A stretch of DNA of 64,000 nt from Lachnospiraceae bacterium (GTDB taxonomy: Bacteria; Bacillota; Clostridia; Lachnospirales; Lachnospiraceae). Location: NCBI GenBank assembly GCA_022793195.1, contig JAAWCJ010000023.1, positions 38,812 to 102,811 on the forward strand, given 5' to 3'. Shown here in pieces: positions 17,228 to 26,502 of the stretch (position 1 is the stretch's first letter; every line of letters begins with the position of its first letter). The notes under the pieces were generated by a model that was not told the origin of the DNA, did not search any database, and saw only the letters and a program-made list of their open reading frames with translations. Both the position numbers and the translations under genes were made by a program.

Positions 17228-18237
17228 TTAATCTCCATCATAAGTTAGAATAACTTTGACGGCCTCCTTCGCCTCCATCAATTCAAATCCTTTTTCCCAC
17301 TGGGATAAAGGCAGTTTATGGGTGATCAGGGCGCGGGCGTTTAGTTTCCCGCTGGAAAGGAGCGCCAGGCAGTTTCTCCAGGATTCCGTGTCGTACCCCA
17401 TGTGGCCCTGGATGGTGATCTCCCGGTTTGAAATTTCGTTGATGGAAAAATCCAGGGGGTCTAACCGCGTCCCCACCCTGACAAATTCCCCGTTGGGGCG
17501 CAAAACCTCAAGCCCCTGTCTCAGGACGGGGCCGGAGCCGACGCAGTCCACGATCAGCCCGCAGCCATTGGGGCCGCAGATTTGCCTGGCTTTTTCCACA
17601 GGATCTTCGGAGGAACTGTCGATAAAGTGGGTCATGCCCGTTTCCCGCGCGATTTTGAGACGTACCTTTTCATCGCCCTTTCGGCCCACCGCCAGGATAT
17701 TTACGGCGCCCATCAGTTTTGCGATCTGGATGGACGCCATGCCCAAAGGCCCCATCCCATAGACGACCACATTTTGGCCGGGCAGCAGATGGGATTTCTG
17801 GGCGATTGCTTTATAGGCGTTGCAGATGGGATCCAGGATGGCGGCTTCTTCAAAGGAAACGCCTTTTGGGATTTCCCAGATGGCGCGTCGGTGTATTTTT
17901 AAAATCTCACCGGGGATTTTTACATATTTGGCAAAAGCGCCGTCAAGCCCTGTACCCAGGTTTTTCCTGCTGGGACAGAGGAGGAAGTCCCCATTTTCAC
18001 ATGCAGGGCAGACACCGCACACATATCCTGTATTATCAGAGACTATCCTGGTTCCTGCTTTCCATTCTGTCACATTTCTGCCGGTTTTTACGATGACACC
18101 GGAAAATTCGTGGCCGCGTATATGGTTAAACCGGCTGGAACCATTTTCTATACGGAAATGCTTCCTGTCGGCGCCGCAGATTCCGGCAGCCTTCACTTCG
18201 ATGATCAGGTCGTCGGCGCCGCAGGACGGTTCCGGCC
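17228..18237 (-). pseudogene. Zn-dependent medium-chain alcohol/sorbitol dehydrogenase, 5'-truncated
   Basis: The frame reads ...PEPSCGADDLIIEVKAAGICGADRKH...GHEFSGVIV...CGVCPACENGD...GMGPLG. About 20 N-terminal codons and the start codon are missing, and the frame is closed by a TAA just upstream. The first possible start is a GTG at 18196. Confidence 0.55.
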
Positions 18238-18629
18238 TTCTGGCTTTTGCGTTCCTTTAAGATGGGGAACATATCATACATCCGCTGCAAATCTTTTTTG
18301 ATTTCTTCTTTATTTTTCCGCAGGTAAGCGCCTGCCATCAGATTGTCCTGGACAGAGATACGCGGAAAGATATGTTTGCCTTCCGGCACCATCACGATGC
18401 CTGTTTCGAGGATTTTGTGGGTTGGAAGGGCGCTTATATCCTGTCCTCCAAATTCAATTTGGCCGGATTTACAAGCAGTCATTCCCATAATAGTCTGCAT
18501 TAATGTGGATTTTCCCACGCCGTTGGAGCCTATGACAGAGACGATCTGTGATTCATGGACTTCCATGGAAATATCCTGCAGGACGGTGGTATCCCCGTAT
18601 CCCGCTTTAAGATTGGTTATCTTTAACAT
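18126..18629 (-). pseudogene. livF: branched-chain amino acid ABC transporter ATPase LivF, 3'-truncated and fused out of frame to the ADH remnant
   Basis: Normal LivF sequence (Walker A GSNGVGKST, Q-loop VPEGKHIFPRISV) runs up to ...FPILKERKSQKAGT. It then continues with 33 unrelated residues read from the ADH gene in another frame. The LSGGQ signature, Walker B and H-loop are absent. Confidence 0.65.
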
Positions 18630-19362
18630 AACTGTCATCCCCCAAATAAGCCTTTATCACATGTTCATCATGTACGATTTCTTCCGGCAGGCCTTCGGCA
18701 ATTTTTTGCCCGGCTTCCAGTACGATTACGCGGTCGGAAATGTTCATGATTACTTCCATAATGTGTTCGATCAACAGTATGGTAATCCCGTTTTCCCGGA
18801 GCTTTCGGATAATGACCAGGGCGTCTTTGATTTCCGATGAATTTAACCCGGCCATTACCTCATCCAGCATGAGGAGGCGGGGTTTCGTGGCCGCGGCGCG
18901 GACAATCTCCAGGAATTTTTTGTCCACCGTTGTCAGATTTTTGGCCGGGCTGTCCCTTAGCCGCCTGAGAGCCCCAAGATCATATTTTTCCAAAGTCTCT
19001 TCCGCGATTTTTTTCGCTTCCTTTGCATTACCTGTGCGGCAGAAAGCACCGATCATGGTGTTTTCCAAAACAGTAAGCTCCGGCAGCATCTGCGTAAGCT
19101 GGAAAGTTCTGGCAATTCCCCGTTTGCACACGGCATTTGCTTTTTTACCGGTAATGTCGGCGCCGTCAAAGAAAATTTTCCCTTTGGTGGGAGGGAAGTA
19201 ACCTGCGATACAGTTAAACAGAGTGGATTTCCCGCACCCGTTTGGCCCCACGATACCGACGATTTCCCCGCGTTTTATTTCCAGGGAGATATGGTCATCT
19301 GCTTTTACGCCGCCGAAATATTTACACAAATTTCGGACTTCCAGTATATGCTCACTGTTCAT
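18607..19362 (-). CDS. livG: branched-chain amino acid ABC transporter ATPase LivG-type
   Basis: Walker A GPNGCGKST, C-terminal Walker B LLMLDEVMAG, and IEHIM. The start was set at MNSEHILEV, after GGGAGG. Confidence 0.8.
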   Translation of the reverse strand: MNSEHILEVRNLCKYFGGVKADDHISLEIKRGEIVGIVGPNGCGKSTLFNCIAGYFPPTKGKIFFDGADITGKKANAVCKRGIARTFQLTQMLPELTVLENTMIGAFCRTGNAKEAKKIAEETLEKYDLGALRRLRDSPAKNLTTVDKKFLEIVRAAATKPRLLMLDEVMAGLNSSEIKDALVIIRKLRENGITILLIEHIMEVIMNISDRVIVLEAGQKIAEGLPEEIVHDEHVIKAYLGDDSYVKDNQS

Positions 19363-20362
19363 GATGTTCCTCCCTTCCGCCTGCGTTATTTTCTGGTTTT
19401 GCAAAGCGGGCTCTGATTTTTGAGAAGATACCGATCATTCCGCGGGGTTGATAAAGAACCATGATAAGCATTAAAAGGCCGTAGACGATCATGTCGATAC
19501 CGCTTCCCGTTCCACCGATCAAAGTCCTGGAATACTCCGCGATGGGGATCAGGATACAGGCCCCGATCACCGGCCCCCATATGGTCCCCATGCCGCCAAA
19601 GACAGCCACGAGAGCCATCAGCATGGACTTGTCGGCGGATATGATGCTGACTGGATCCACAAAAAGCACATACTGGGCATAGAAAGTCCCGCCCACCGCC
19701 GTAAACGCGGCGCCCAGGCAGATGGCAATGGTTTTATAAGTCCTCACGGACACCCCCAGGCTCTCCGCCGCATCCTGGTTCATGGTGATGGTCCGCAGAT
19801 AATACCCCAGCTTGGAGCGGTTTACATAATGCATCACGATCAGCACGATAATCAGGATTCCTAAGATAATGTAATAAAAGGGGAGCTTTCCCTTAAACTG
19901 CATCCAGAAAAAGCTGGATTCCCGCACACGGATATTTAAACCGACGGCCCCGTCCAGGAACCGCTGTTTGGAGACCAGCACATTCATAATCTGGAGAAGG
20001 GCGATGGTGGCCAGCGTAAAATAATATTTCTGAAGACGGAAACAGGGGATGCCGATCAAAGCTGCAAATATCACTGCCAGTATGACGCCCACAATCATGC
20101 CTATCCACGGCGTGATATTAAAATAGAGCAACAAAACGGTGGAAGTATAAGCGCCGATTGCAAAGAACATGGCGTTCCCAAAAGAGTTCTGGCCCGCATA
20201 CCCGCTTAAGACATTCCAGCCGGAGCCAAGCACTGCATATACCATCATAAGAATCAGCACATTCTGGTTGTATACGGTCTGAATTACCAGGGGCAGTATC
20301 AGCGCTGCCAGCAAAAGCAGGGCGCAGCCTGCAGTTTTTTTGAGTTTTTCTGTTGTTTTCAT
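19352..20362 (-). CDS. livM: branched-chain amino acid ABC transporter permease LivM-type
   Basis: 336-aa polytopic permease located between the LivH-type and LivG-type genes. Confidence 0.75.
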   Translation of the reverse strand: MKTTEKLKKTAGCALLLLAALILPLVIQTVYNQNVLILMMVYAVLGSGWNVLSGYAGQNSFGNAMFFAIGAYTSTVLLLYFNITPWIGMIVGVILAVIFAALIGIPCFRLQKYYFTLATIALLQIMNVLVSKQRFLDGAVGLNIRVRESSFFWMQFKGKLPFYYIILGILIIVLIVMHYVNRSKLGYYLRTITMNQDAAESLGVSVRTYKTIAICLGAAFTAVGGTFYAQYVLFVDPVSIISADKSMLMALVAVFGGMGTIWGPVIGACILIPIAEYSRTLIGGTGSGIDMIVYGLLMLIMVLYQPRGMIGIFSKIRARFAKPENNAGGREEHHEQ

Positions 20363-20366
20363 AGGC

Positions 20367-21221
20367 TCACCATCCCTTTAATCCTTTTGGTTTAAAGATC
20401 ACCACCAGAATATATACTAAGAATACAATGGCATATTTGTAGGCACTGTCAAACAGGAATCCGGCCATACTTTCCACGATACCGATGATAACTCCGGCGA
20501 TCAACGCGCCAGGTACGCTTCCGAACCCTCCCAGGGCGATGACGGCGAAAGAGATGTTTCCAAAGTTCTGGCCCACAAGGGGATAGACGTAATAATGGCT
20601 CATCAGTACGGAACCGGCGATGGCCACGCAGGAAGCCCCGATTACAAAGGTAATGGTAAATACCTTCTGCGAATTCATGCCCATCAGGGAGGCGGCGGTC
20701 CGGTCCATGGACGTGGCGCGCATGGCCAGGCCGATTTTTGTTTTATTTAAAATCAAAATCAGAATGATAAAGGCACAGACGCTGATCAGGGCGGCGGCCA
20801 GCTTTCCTGCTTCAATGATAAGGTCGCCGAATACCAGGGAATGATCCAGTAAGGCGTCGCTGATATACCGGAAATTGTTGGTGAAAAACAGTACACAGGT
20901 ATATCGTATGACCATGCCGAGGGCATAAGTCGCCAGTGTCTGGGAAAGCATCGGGGCGTCCACGACTTTTTTGATTACAAATTTGTATGTTAAAAATCCC
21001 AGGAGGGCGCTGAGCATGACTGCGATGGGGATGGAAAATAACGGGTCAAGCCCAAATAAAACAAACATCCAGAAACAGGTGTACATACTCACCATCATAA
21101 AATCACTGTATGCGAAATTTACGATTCCGACAACGCCGAATACCAGGCTAAGCCCCGCGGCATTCAGTGCGTAGATGCACCCCATTAAAATTCCGTCGAT
21201 CAATAGCTGTAAAAACAACAC
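20367..21221 (-). CDS. livH: branched-chain amino acid ABC transporter permease LivH-type
   Basis: 284-aa polytopic permease starting MLFLQLLIDGILMGCIYALNAAGLSLVFG, a typical LivH N-terminus. Confidence 0.8.
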   Translation of the reverse strand: MLFLQLLIDGILMGCIYALNAAGLSLVFGVVGIVNFAYSDFMMVSMYTCFWMFVLFGLDPLFSIPIAVMLSALLGFLTYKFVIKKVVDAPMLSQTLATYALGMVIRYTCVLFFTNNFRYISDALLDHSLVFGDLIIEAGKLAAALISVCAFIILILILNKTKIGLAMRATSMDRTAASLMGMNSQKVFTITFVIGASCVAIAGSVLMSHYYVYPLVGQNFGNISFAVIALGGFGSVPGALIAGVIIGIVESMAGFLFDSAYKYAIVFLVYILVVIFKPKGLKGW

Positions 21222-21325
21222 TGTTTTTCACCTCTTTCTGTTTTATGCATCCGTATAAAAGGAGAATCCTTCCCCCGCGGAGCAGACACCCCCGCATCGG
21301 CCCTGCAGGAGAAGGATACGATGAA

Positions 21326-22693
21326 CTAAGGTCTTTCACTCCATGCCGGAATGGGGTATACGTAATCGGCGCCGGCAGAATCAAATGGCCATGTCACCAG
21401 ATATTCTCCGTCAAAAATCTGAGTCATCAGAAGGGATGCGTGTTTATTGTCATGGGACGCCTCGTCAAATTCGATGCCGTACGCTGTGATCAGTTTACCG
21501 GCGTCAATATTCGTTTCCAGGAGGGCATCAAAGATGGCTTTGTTTTCTGTGCTCCCCGCCCGGTTGATGGCGTCGCATATGGTGATCATGCCGTTAAAAG
21601 ACCTGGCATTTACGCCGTCCATCATTTTGTCGGCGCCGTACATGGACTGATAGATTTCATTGACCTGAGTGACAAGGGGCTTTGTTTCCCCCAGGGAAAT
21701 GCTCCAGGTGTCCAGGCAGGAATAATAATTTCCGTCGGAATTTACAGCTTCCAGATACTGGGGTGTGGTGAAGCCGCCGGAACAGGCCAGGAGCATTTTG
21801 GGGTTATAATTGAGGGCTTTGTAAGCTTCCGTGTATAAGATGGCATCTGAAACATAAGTCCCGTGTATGATGACGTCCGGGTCTGCCGCTTTTATTTTTT
21901 TAGCTTCGCTGGACACGTCTGTGGTTGAGCTGGGGTAAGAAACCTCCAGGACGATTTCGTAGCCCCGCTTTTCCGCCAGTTCCCGCTGGGAATCGGAGGC
22001 GGTGATTCCGGCTTCGGAATTTTCATATACAAGCGCCAGGGTATTGATTTCTTCGCCTTTTTCCCGCAGGGCATCCATATAGTCAAAATAGCCTTCAGCG
22101 GTGGCGGTTTCCACAAAACCTGTCCGGAAATGCCATTCATATCCTTCGTTGTTCAAAGACAGGCTTTTTGAGGCGCAGTCGGCATTGATGAAAGGCACTT
22201 CGTATTGCTGGCAAATCTGGGAGATGGTCAGGCCGACGCTGCTGTTGAAACAGCCTACGATGGCGACGACGCCTTCCTGGGTGATCATACGCTCAGCTTC
22301 CGACTGTCCGTAGATGGGGTCGCCCTGGGTATCGCCGAGGACTACTTCGATTTTTGCCCCGTTCAGGTTGGGAAGCCCTTCCTCGGCTGCCAGAGGCATG
22401 TCCAGGTCGGGATAGGAACCGTTGATAATTTCAGCTGCCATAATGCATGCCTGCTGGCAGGTGAGGCCGATGACGGAACTGCTCCCGGTGGTGGGATAAA
22501 GTACGCCGATTTTAATGACGTCTTCCTGGACATTTCCGCCTGGCTGTTTTGACTCCGACTGGGAGCCTACGGTTTCCTTTGATTCTTCTTTTTGCGCGGC
22601 CGTTTCCTTTCCAGGTTCTTCCGCCTTTTTTCCACAGGCTGCGCAGCTGAGGGTGAGCAACAGGCACATAAAAATGCTGATTAATTTTTTCAT
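21326..22693 (-). CDS. ABC transporter substrate-binding lipoprotein (LivJ/Peripla_BP_6-like) with low-complexity linker
   Basis: Lipobox LTLSCAACG, then an E/K/Q-rich linker, then a type-I periplasmic binding fold. The start was set at the ATG at 22693, after GGAGGA. Confidence 0.75.
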   Translation of the reverse strand: MKKLISIFMCLLLTLSCAACGKKAEEPGKETAAQKEESKETVGSQSESKQPGGNVQEDVIKIGVLYPTTGSSSVIGLTCQQACIMAAEIINGSYPDLDMPLAAEEGLPNLNGAKIEVVLGDTQGDPIYGQSEAERMITQEGVVAIVGCFNSSVGLTISQICQQYEVPFINADCASKSLSLNNEGYEWHFRTGFVETATAEGYFDYMDALREKGEEINTLALVYENSEAGITASDSQRELAEKRGYEIVLEVSYPSSTTDVSSEAKKIKAADPDVIIHGTYVSDAILYTEAYKALNYNPKMLLACSGGFTTPQYLEAVNSDGNYYSCLDTWSISLGETKPLVTQVNEIYQSMYGADKMMDGVNARSFNGMITICDAINRAGSTENKAIFDALLETNIDAGKLITAYGIEFDEASHDNKHASLLMTQIFDGEYLVTWPFDSAGADYVYPIPAWSERP

Positions 22694-22798
22694 ACAAAAT
22701 CCTCCGTATATCATGAGTACTCTTTCATGTTTTTTGTGTCTCTAAAATGGTTTTCCTTAAATTGCCCTCTGCAATGGCATCTCCTCCTCCCGGCCTTT

Positions 22799-23508
22799 TT
22801 ACAGTTCAAATAAGCTTCCAAAACCTTTTATTTTATCGTTGATACCGCAGCTTCTCATGGCTGCCCACATGGAACTTTGGTTGCTGGAGATCACAGGAAT
22901 CTTAAGGTCGTTTTCCAAAAGCTCAATGATTTCAATACTGCGGATATCTGTACAGCTTAAGACGAGGGCTTCGGTCTCCGGCTTAACGATGGATCTGGCC
23001 AGGCGGTATACGGTTTCCGGATAAGTCTGACCGCCCAGGTAATTGTTGGTGATCCTGAGGCTGTCCAGGGAAACCACATTTAATCCGTAGTATGCTAAAT
23101 ATTCTTTCCATCGTTCATTGACATCGTCCAGATAAGGTGTGGTTACACTGATTTTTTTACGCCTAATTGTTTCAGTGCACGGACCACGGCGCCCGAAGTG
23201 GTAATGGCTTTTGTGCCGGAGGCTTTTTCCATCCGTTCCACCAATTCCTGCTCCCATTTGGGTCCGCCCACAAAGCTGCCGCTGGTACATGCATAGACGA
23301 TGGTATTGCACATGGTGGTTCCCAGTTCATAGCTGGCCCGCTCCGTATCTTTTGCCAGATTGAACAGGATTTCCACGGAATTTTCCAGGCTCACCATCCG
23401 TGAAGCGTGGATGGATACGCCTTCCGGCTTCATGGTGTTAAATTCTGATTCCACCGCTGTGTTTGTAGAAGGCACGATTGCCCCTATCCTTGCCCGCCAA
23501 CCATACAT
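22799..23508 (-). pseudogene. Asp/Glu/hydantoin racemase-family (maleate isomerase / arylmalonate decarboxylase-like) gene with a -1 frameshift in a poly-A tract
   Basis: The N-terminal ORF (MYGWRARIGAIVPSTNT...ALKQLGVKK) and the C-terminal ORF (KKISVTTPYL...VLSCTDIRS...SSNQ) join into one protein if the A7 run (T7 on the plus strand, 23152-23158) is read as A8. Confidence 0.7.
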
Positions 23509-23656
23509 TTTAAATACCTCCTGTATTATAGTTATTGTACTGAATAATATATTCGTGTAGAAAATGGGGGAATAATGCCATACAGCAGAATTATTCCAAT
23601 CATTTAGTTTCATATTTCTATTCGTGTAGATTTTTCGGTAAAAAAGAGAAACGCTT

Positions 23657-24673
23657 TTAAGCGCTTTCTCCGATCACCAGCCGCATGGGCAGATAGATGT
23701 CCCCGACATTTTCTCCTCTGATAAGGGAGATTAACCCGTGTGACACATGTTTGGCAAATTCGCTTTTGGAAAAATCCACAGTGGTAAGCGCGGGGGATGT
23801 AATGGATGCGACGTTGGCGTTATCCATCCCGGTGATGGCGATGTCTTCCGGAACCCGGATTCCAAGCTGTTTTAAATATTTCATGACCTGGGCGGCAAGG
23901 TAATCATTCATAACGGCAAGCGCGGTGGGCCTTTCCGAAGGACTTAGGGAAAGCATATTAAAAATGCTGTCACAAATTGTCTCCAGGGAAGCAGTATTCA
24001 TACACACAAGCCGTTCGTCTAAGGGAAGGCCGTTTAGTTCCATTGCCTCCACATAGCCGCGCATGCGGAAATCATTGCCGGAAAGTCCATGGATGCCATA
24101 GCGCAAGGTCGGGATGTATCCAATCCGTTTATGTCCTTTCAATGAGAGATAATTAATTATTTTTTTTACGCCGTCTTCGTAGAGGGGGGCGACGGTGGCG
24201 ATTCCCGGCCCCAGAGGCTGGTCGTATGCCTTTGTTTTAAAAAGAATGATGGGTACTCCCGAATCTGCCAGGCCGTTCAACTGCTGTTCATTGAAATAAT
24301 TACTCATCAGATAAATGGCATCATACTGGCGCTGTGCGATCATCTGTAAAAAGGAACCGGTGGGCTGGCTGTGGCACATGGACACGTAATACTGTTTTTC
24401 AAACAGAATGTTTTCAATGTTGTAAAGCCATTCATTGTACAATATATTTTCACAGACAAGAGCGATCTGAAAGGTTTTGTTTGTGCGGAGGGCCCTGGCG
24501 GAAACATTAGGATAGTATCCCAGCTGTTCCACCGCAGCCCAGACCGCCTTCCTTTTGTCGTCGCTGACACAGTCCATATCGTTTAAAACATAAGAAACGA
24601 CGGCCGAAGAGACTCCGGCTAATTTTGCCACATCGTTTCTGGTTGGTTTTTTGGGGCCATTTGTTTTTTTCAT
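23657..24673 (-). CDS. LacI-family transcriptional regulator
   Basis: N-terminal HTH (PTRNDVAKLAGVSSAVVSYVLND) plus a periplasmic-binding-like effector domain. Confidence 0.85.
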   Translation of the reverse strand: MKKTNGPKKPTRNDVAKLAGVSSAVVSYVLNDMDCVSDDKRKAVWAAVEQLGYYPNVSARALRTNKTFQIALVCENILYNEWLYNIENILFEKQYYVSMCHSQPTGSFLQMIAQRQYDAIYLMSNYFNEQQLNGLADSGVPIILFKTKAYDQPLGPGIATVAPLYEDGVKKIINYLSLKGHKRIGYIPTLRYGIHGLSGNDFRMRGYVEAMELNGLPLDERLVCMNTASLETICDSIFNMLSLSPSERPTALAVMNDYLAAQVMKYLKQLGIRVPEDIAITGMDNANVASITSPALTTVDFSKSEFAKHVSHGLISLIRGENVGDIYLPMRLVIGESA

Positions 24674-24867
24674 ATCAAATTCTATGCTCCGTTTTTTTTG
24701 CGGCGACCAAATCTACTCGTGTCGTTTTTTAAAAAATACCACATAAAAAGGGAGGTGTCAAGAGGGGGGCACAAAATAATAAGATATTTTGCAGAACCCC
24801 CTTAACGATGACTCGGAAAAACAAAAACACCGTCCCCAATGACATTTCATCAAAGACAGTGCTTTCG

Positions 24868-24940
24868 TGCGCCGCCAGGGGCTCGAACCCTGGACACCCT
24901 GATTAAGAGTCAGGTGCTCTACCAACTGAGCTAGCAGCGC
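24868..24940 (-). tRNA. tRNA-Lys (anticodon CUU)
   Basis: The minus strand reads GCGCTGCTAGCTCAGTTGGTAGAGCACCTGACTCTTAATCAGGGTGTCCAGGGTTCGAGCCCCTGGCGGCGCA, 73 nt. It folds as a cloverleaf with a 7-bp acceptor stem (one G-U pair), a GTTCGAG T-loop, and anticodon loop CT-CTT-AA. No CCA is encoded. Confidence 0.92.
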
Positions 24941-24985
24941 GTATTGTCCGTACCTGAGGAAGATTGTCCTGTAGGCACGGACATT

Positions 24986-25014
24986 ATTATATCTCAATGT
25001 TTTTATAAATGCAA
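24986..25014 (-). promoter_or_regulatory. sigma-A-type promoter for tRNA-Lys
   Basis: On the minus strand: TTGCAT, 17 nt, TATAAT, about 45 nt upstream of the tRNA 5' end. Confidence 0.55.
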
Positions 25015-25157
25015 GTGTTTTTTTTATTTTTTTCGAGGTTTTTTTATATAGGATTGGGGCGTCAAAAGTCTTTGCTCCATAAGGTTGTCGTCAAATTACA
25101 CAGCCAGAATAGGTTTCTGTTCCGTTTTGCGGGTCTTAAATTTCTAAGCGTTCAGAT

Positions 25158-25277
25158 ACCGTCGATTGACAAGAGCCTACACGGCCGGATAAGGGTGAAT
25201 TTTGCCATAGACTGCGTTACTTTCGCTCCGTGTACGTCTCTGTACACGTCGTTTAAGTGCCTTGTCAATCGACGGTA
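25158..25277. repeat. 120-bp element bounded by perfect 17-bp inverted repeats
   Basis: TACCGTCGATTGACAAG (25158-25174) pairs with CTTGTCAATCGACGGTA (25261-25277). There is an inner 7-bp inverted repeat CGTGTAC/GTACACG, and a third related half-site GTTGACAATCGAAGG at 25335-25349. Confidence 0.8.
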
Positions 25278-25335
25278 TAATCCGATCAAACTTTCGACAC
25301 CTGAATTTGAATAGTAAACTTAAAACAATAAAAAG

Positions 25336-25364
25336 TTGACAATCGAAGGCGAAACTTTTATAGT
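25336..25364 (+). promoter_or_regulatory. putative sigma-A promoter of bioB
   Basis: TTGACA, 17 nt, TATAGT, about 90 nt upstream of the bioB ATG. Confidence 0.45.
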
Positions 25365-25452
25365 TATTATGGAACCAGTTACCATTGTTGAGAAGGACAT
25401 ACACGCTCCGGTCTGCACAAAATAGCGGTATGGATGCCGGAAGGAGGAATAT

Positions 25453-26502
25453 ATGGAATTGCAGGAATTAAAAAGGAAGGTACTGAATGGAAAACTGATC
25501 GGAAAAGAGGAAGCTCTTTGGCTGGCAGAGGAGCCTTTGGAGGAGCTTTGCAGCGCAGCCAATGAGATCAGGAAAGCATTTTGTGGAAATAGTTTTGATA
25601 TCTGTACGATTATTAATGGAAAGAGCGGGCGCTGTTCGGAAGACTGCAAATACTGTGCCCAGTCGGCATTTTATCATACCGGGGCCGGGGAATATCCGCT
25701 TCTGGGAACGGAGGAGATTACCGCCCAGGCACGTTATAATGACGAACGGGGTGTGCTCCGCTATTCCATTGTGACTTCAGGAAAGAGACTTTCCGACCGG
25801 GAAGTGGACAGGATGTGCGAAAGTATCCGTGATATTAAGGAAAAGACAGAGATCTCGGTGTGCGTTTCCTTCGGTTTGCTAAATGAAGGCCAGTATCGGA
25901 GGCTTAAGGAAGCGGGAGCAGAAAGGGTACATAATAATCTGGAAAGCTCCGAAAATTATTTTCCCCAGGTCTGCACCACTCATTCCTACGACGATAAACT
26001 GGCGGCCATCCGGGCGGCAAAAGCGGCGGGGCTCAGTGTGTGCAGTGGAGGTATCATGGGGCTGGGGGAGACGATGGAGGACCGCATCGACATGGCGCTT
26101 ACAATCAGAGAATTGGGAATCCGCTCTATCCCGGTGAATCTCTTAAACCCCATTCCGGGTACACCTTATGAGAATAATGAACGGCTTAGCCCGGAGGACA
26201 TGCGGCGCATTGTGGCTGTGTTCCGCTTCCTTGTCCCGGATGCTTCCATCCGTTTGGCGGGAGGACGGGGGCTTCTTCCAGATAAAGGCCGGGCATGTTT
26301 TCTTTCCGGTGCAAACGCCGCCATTTCAGGGGACATGCTGACCACGGCGGGCATTACCATCGGACAGGATATGGAGATGCTTTCAGAACTGGGCTATAAG
26401 CCGGAGCGCTTAGATTTTGCGCAGTCTTTATCCTCAAATCCCAGGAACCAGGTGAGGAGAAAGGTGGCGACGATGGTTACGGCCACGGAAAGTAGTACGT
26501 AA
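25453..26502 (+). CDS. bioB: biotin synthase
   Basis: Radical-SAM motif CSEDCKYCAQS, plus YSIVTSG, and HNLESS... consistent with BioB. The last ~35 codons overlap the convergent EIIC gene. Confidence 0.88.
   Translation: MELQELKRKVLNGKLIGKEEALWLAEEPLEELCSAANEIRKAFCGNSFDICTIINGKSGRCSEDCKYCAQSAFYHTGAGEYPLLGTEEITAQARYNDERGVLRYSIVTSGKRLSDREVDRMCESIRDIKEKTEISVCVSFGLLNEGQYRRLKEAGAERVHNNLESSENYFPQVCTTHSYDDKLAAIRAAKAAGLSVCSGGIMGLGETMEDRIDMALTIRELGIRSIPVNLLNPIPGTPYENNERLSPEDMRRIVAVFRFLVPDASIRLAGGRGLLPDKGRACFLSGANAAISGDMLTTAGITIGQDMEMLSELGYKPERLDFAQSLSSNPRNQVRRKVATMVTATESST

Noticed and set aside
25355-25395. ATGGAACCAGTTACCAT near the bioB start as a possible BirA operator.
   Set aside because: The spacing and half-site sequence do not match the TGTnAACC-N-GGTTnACA type operator as I remember it. 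The evidence is too weak to call.
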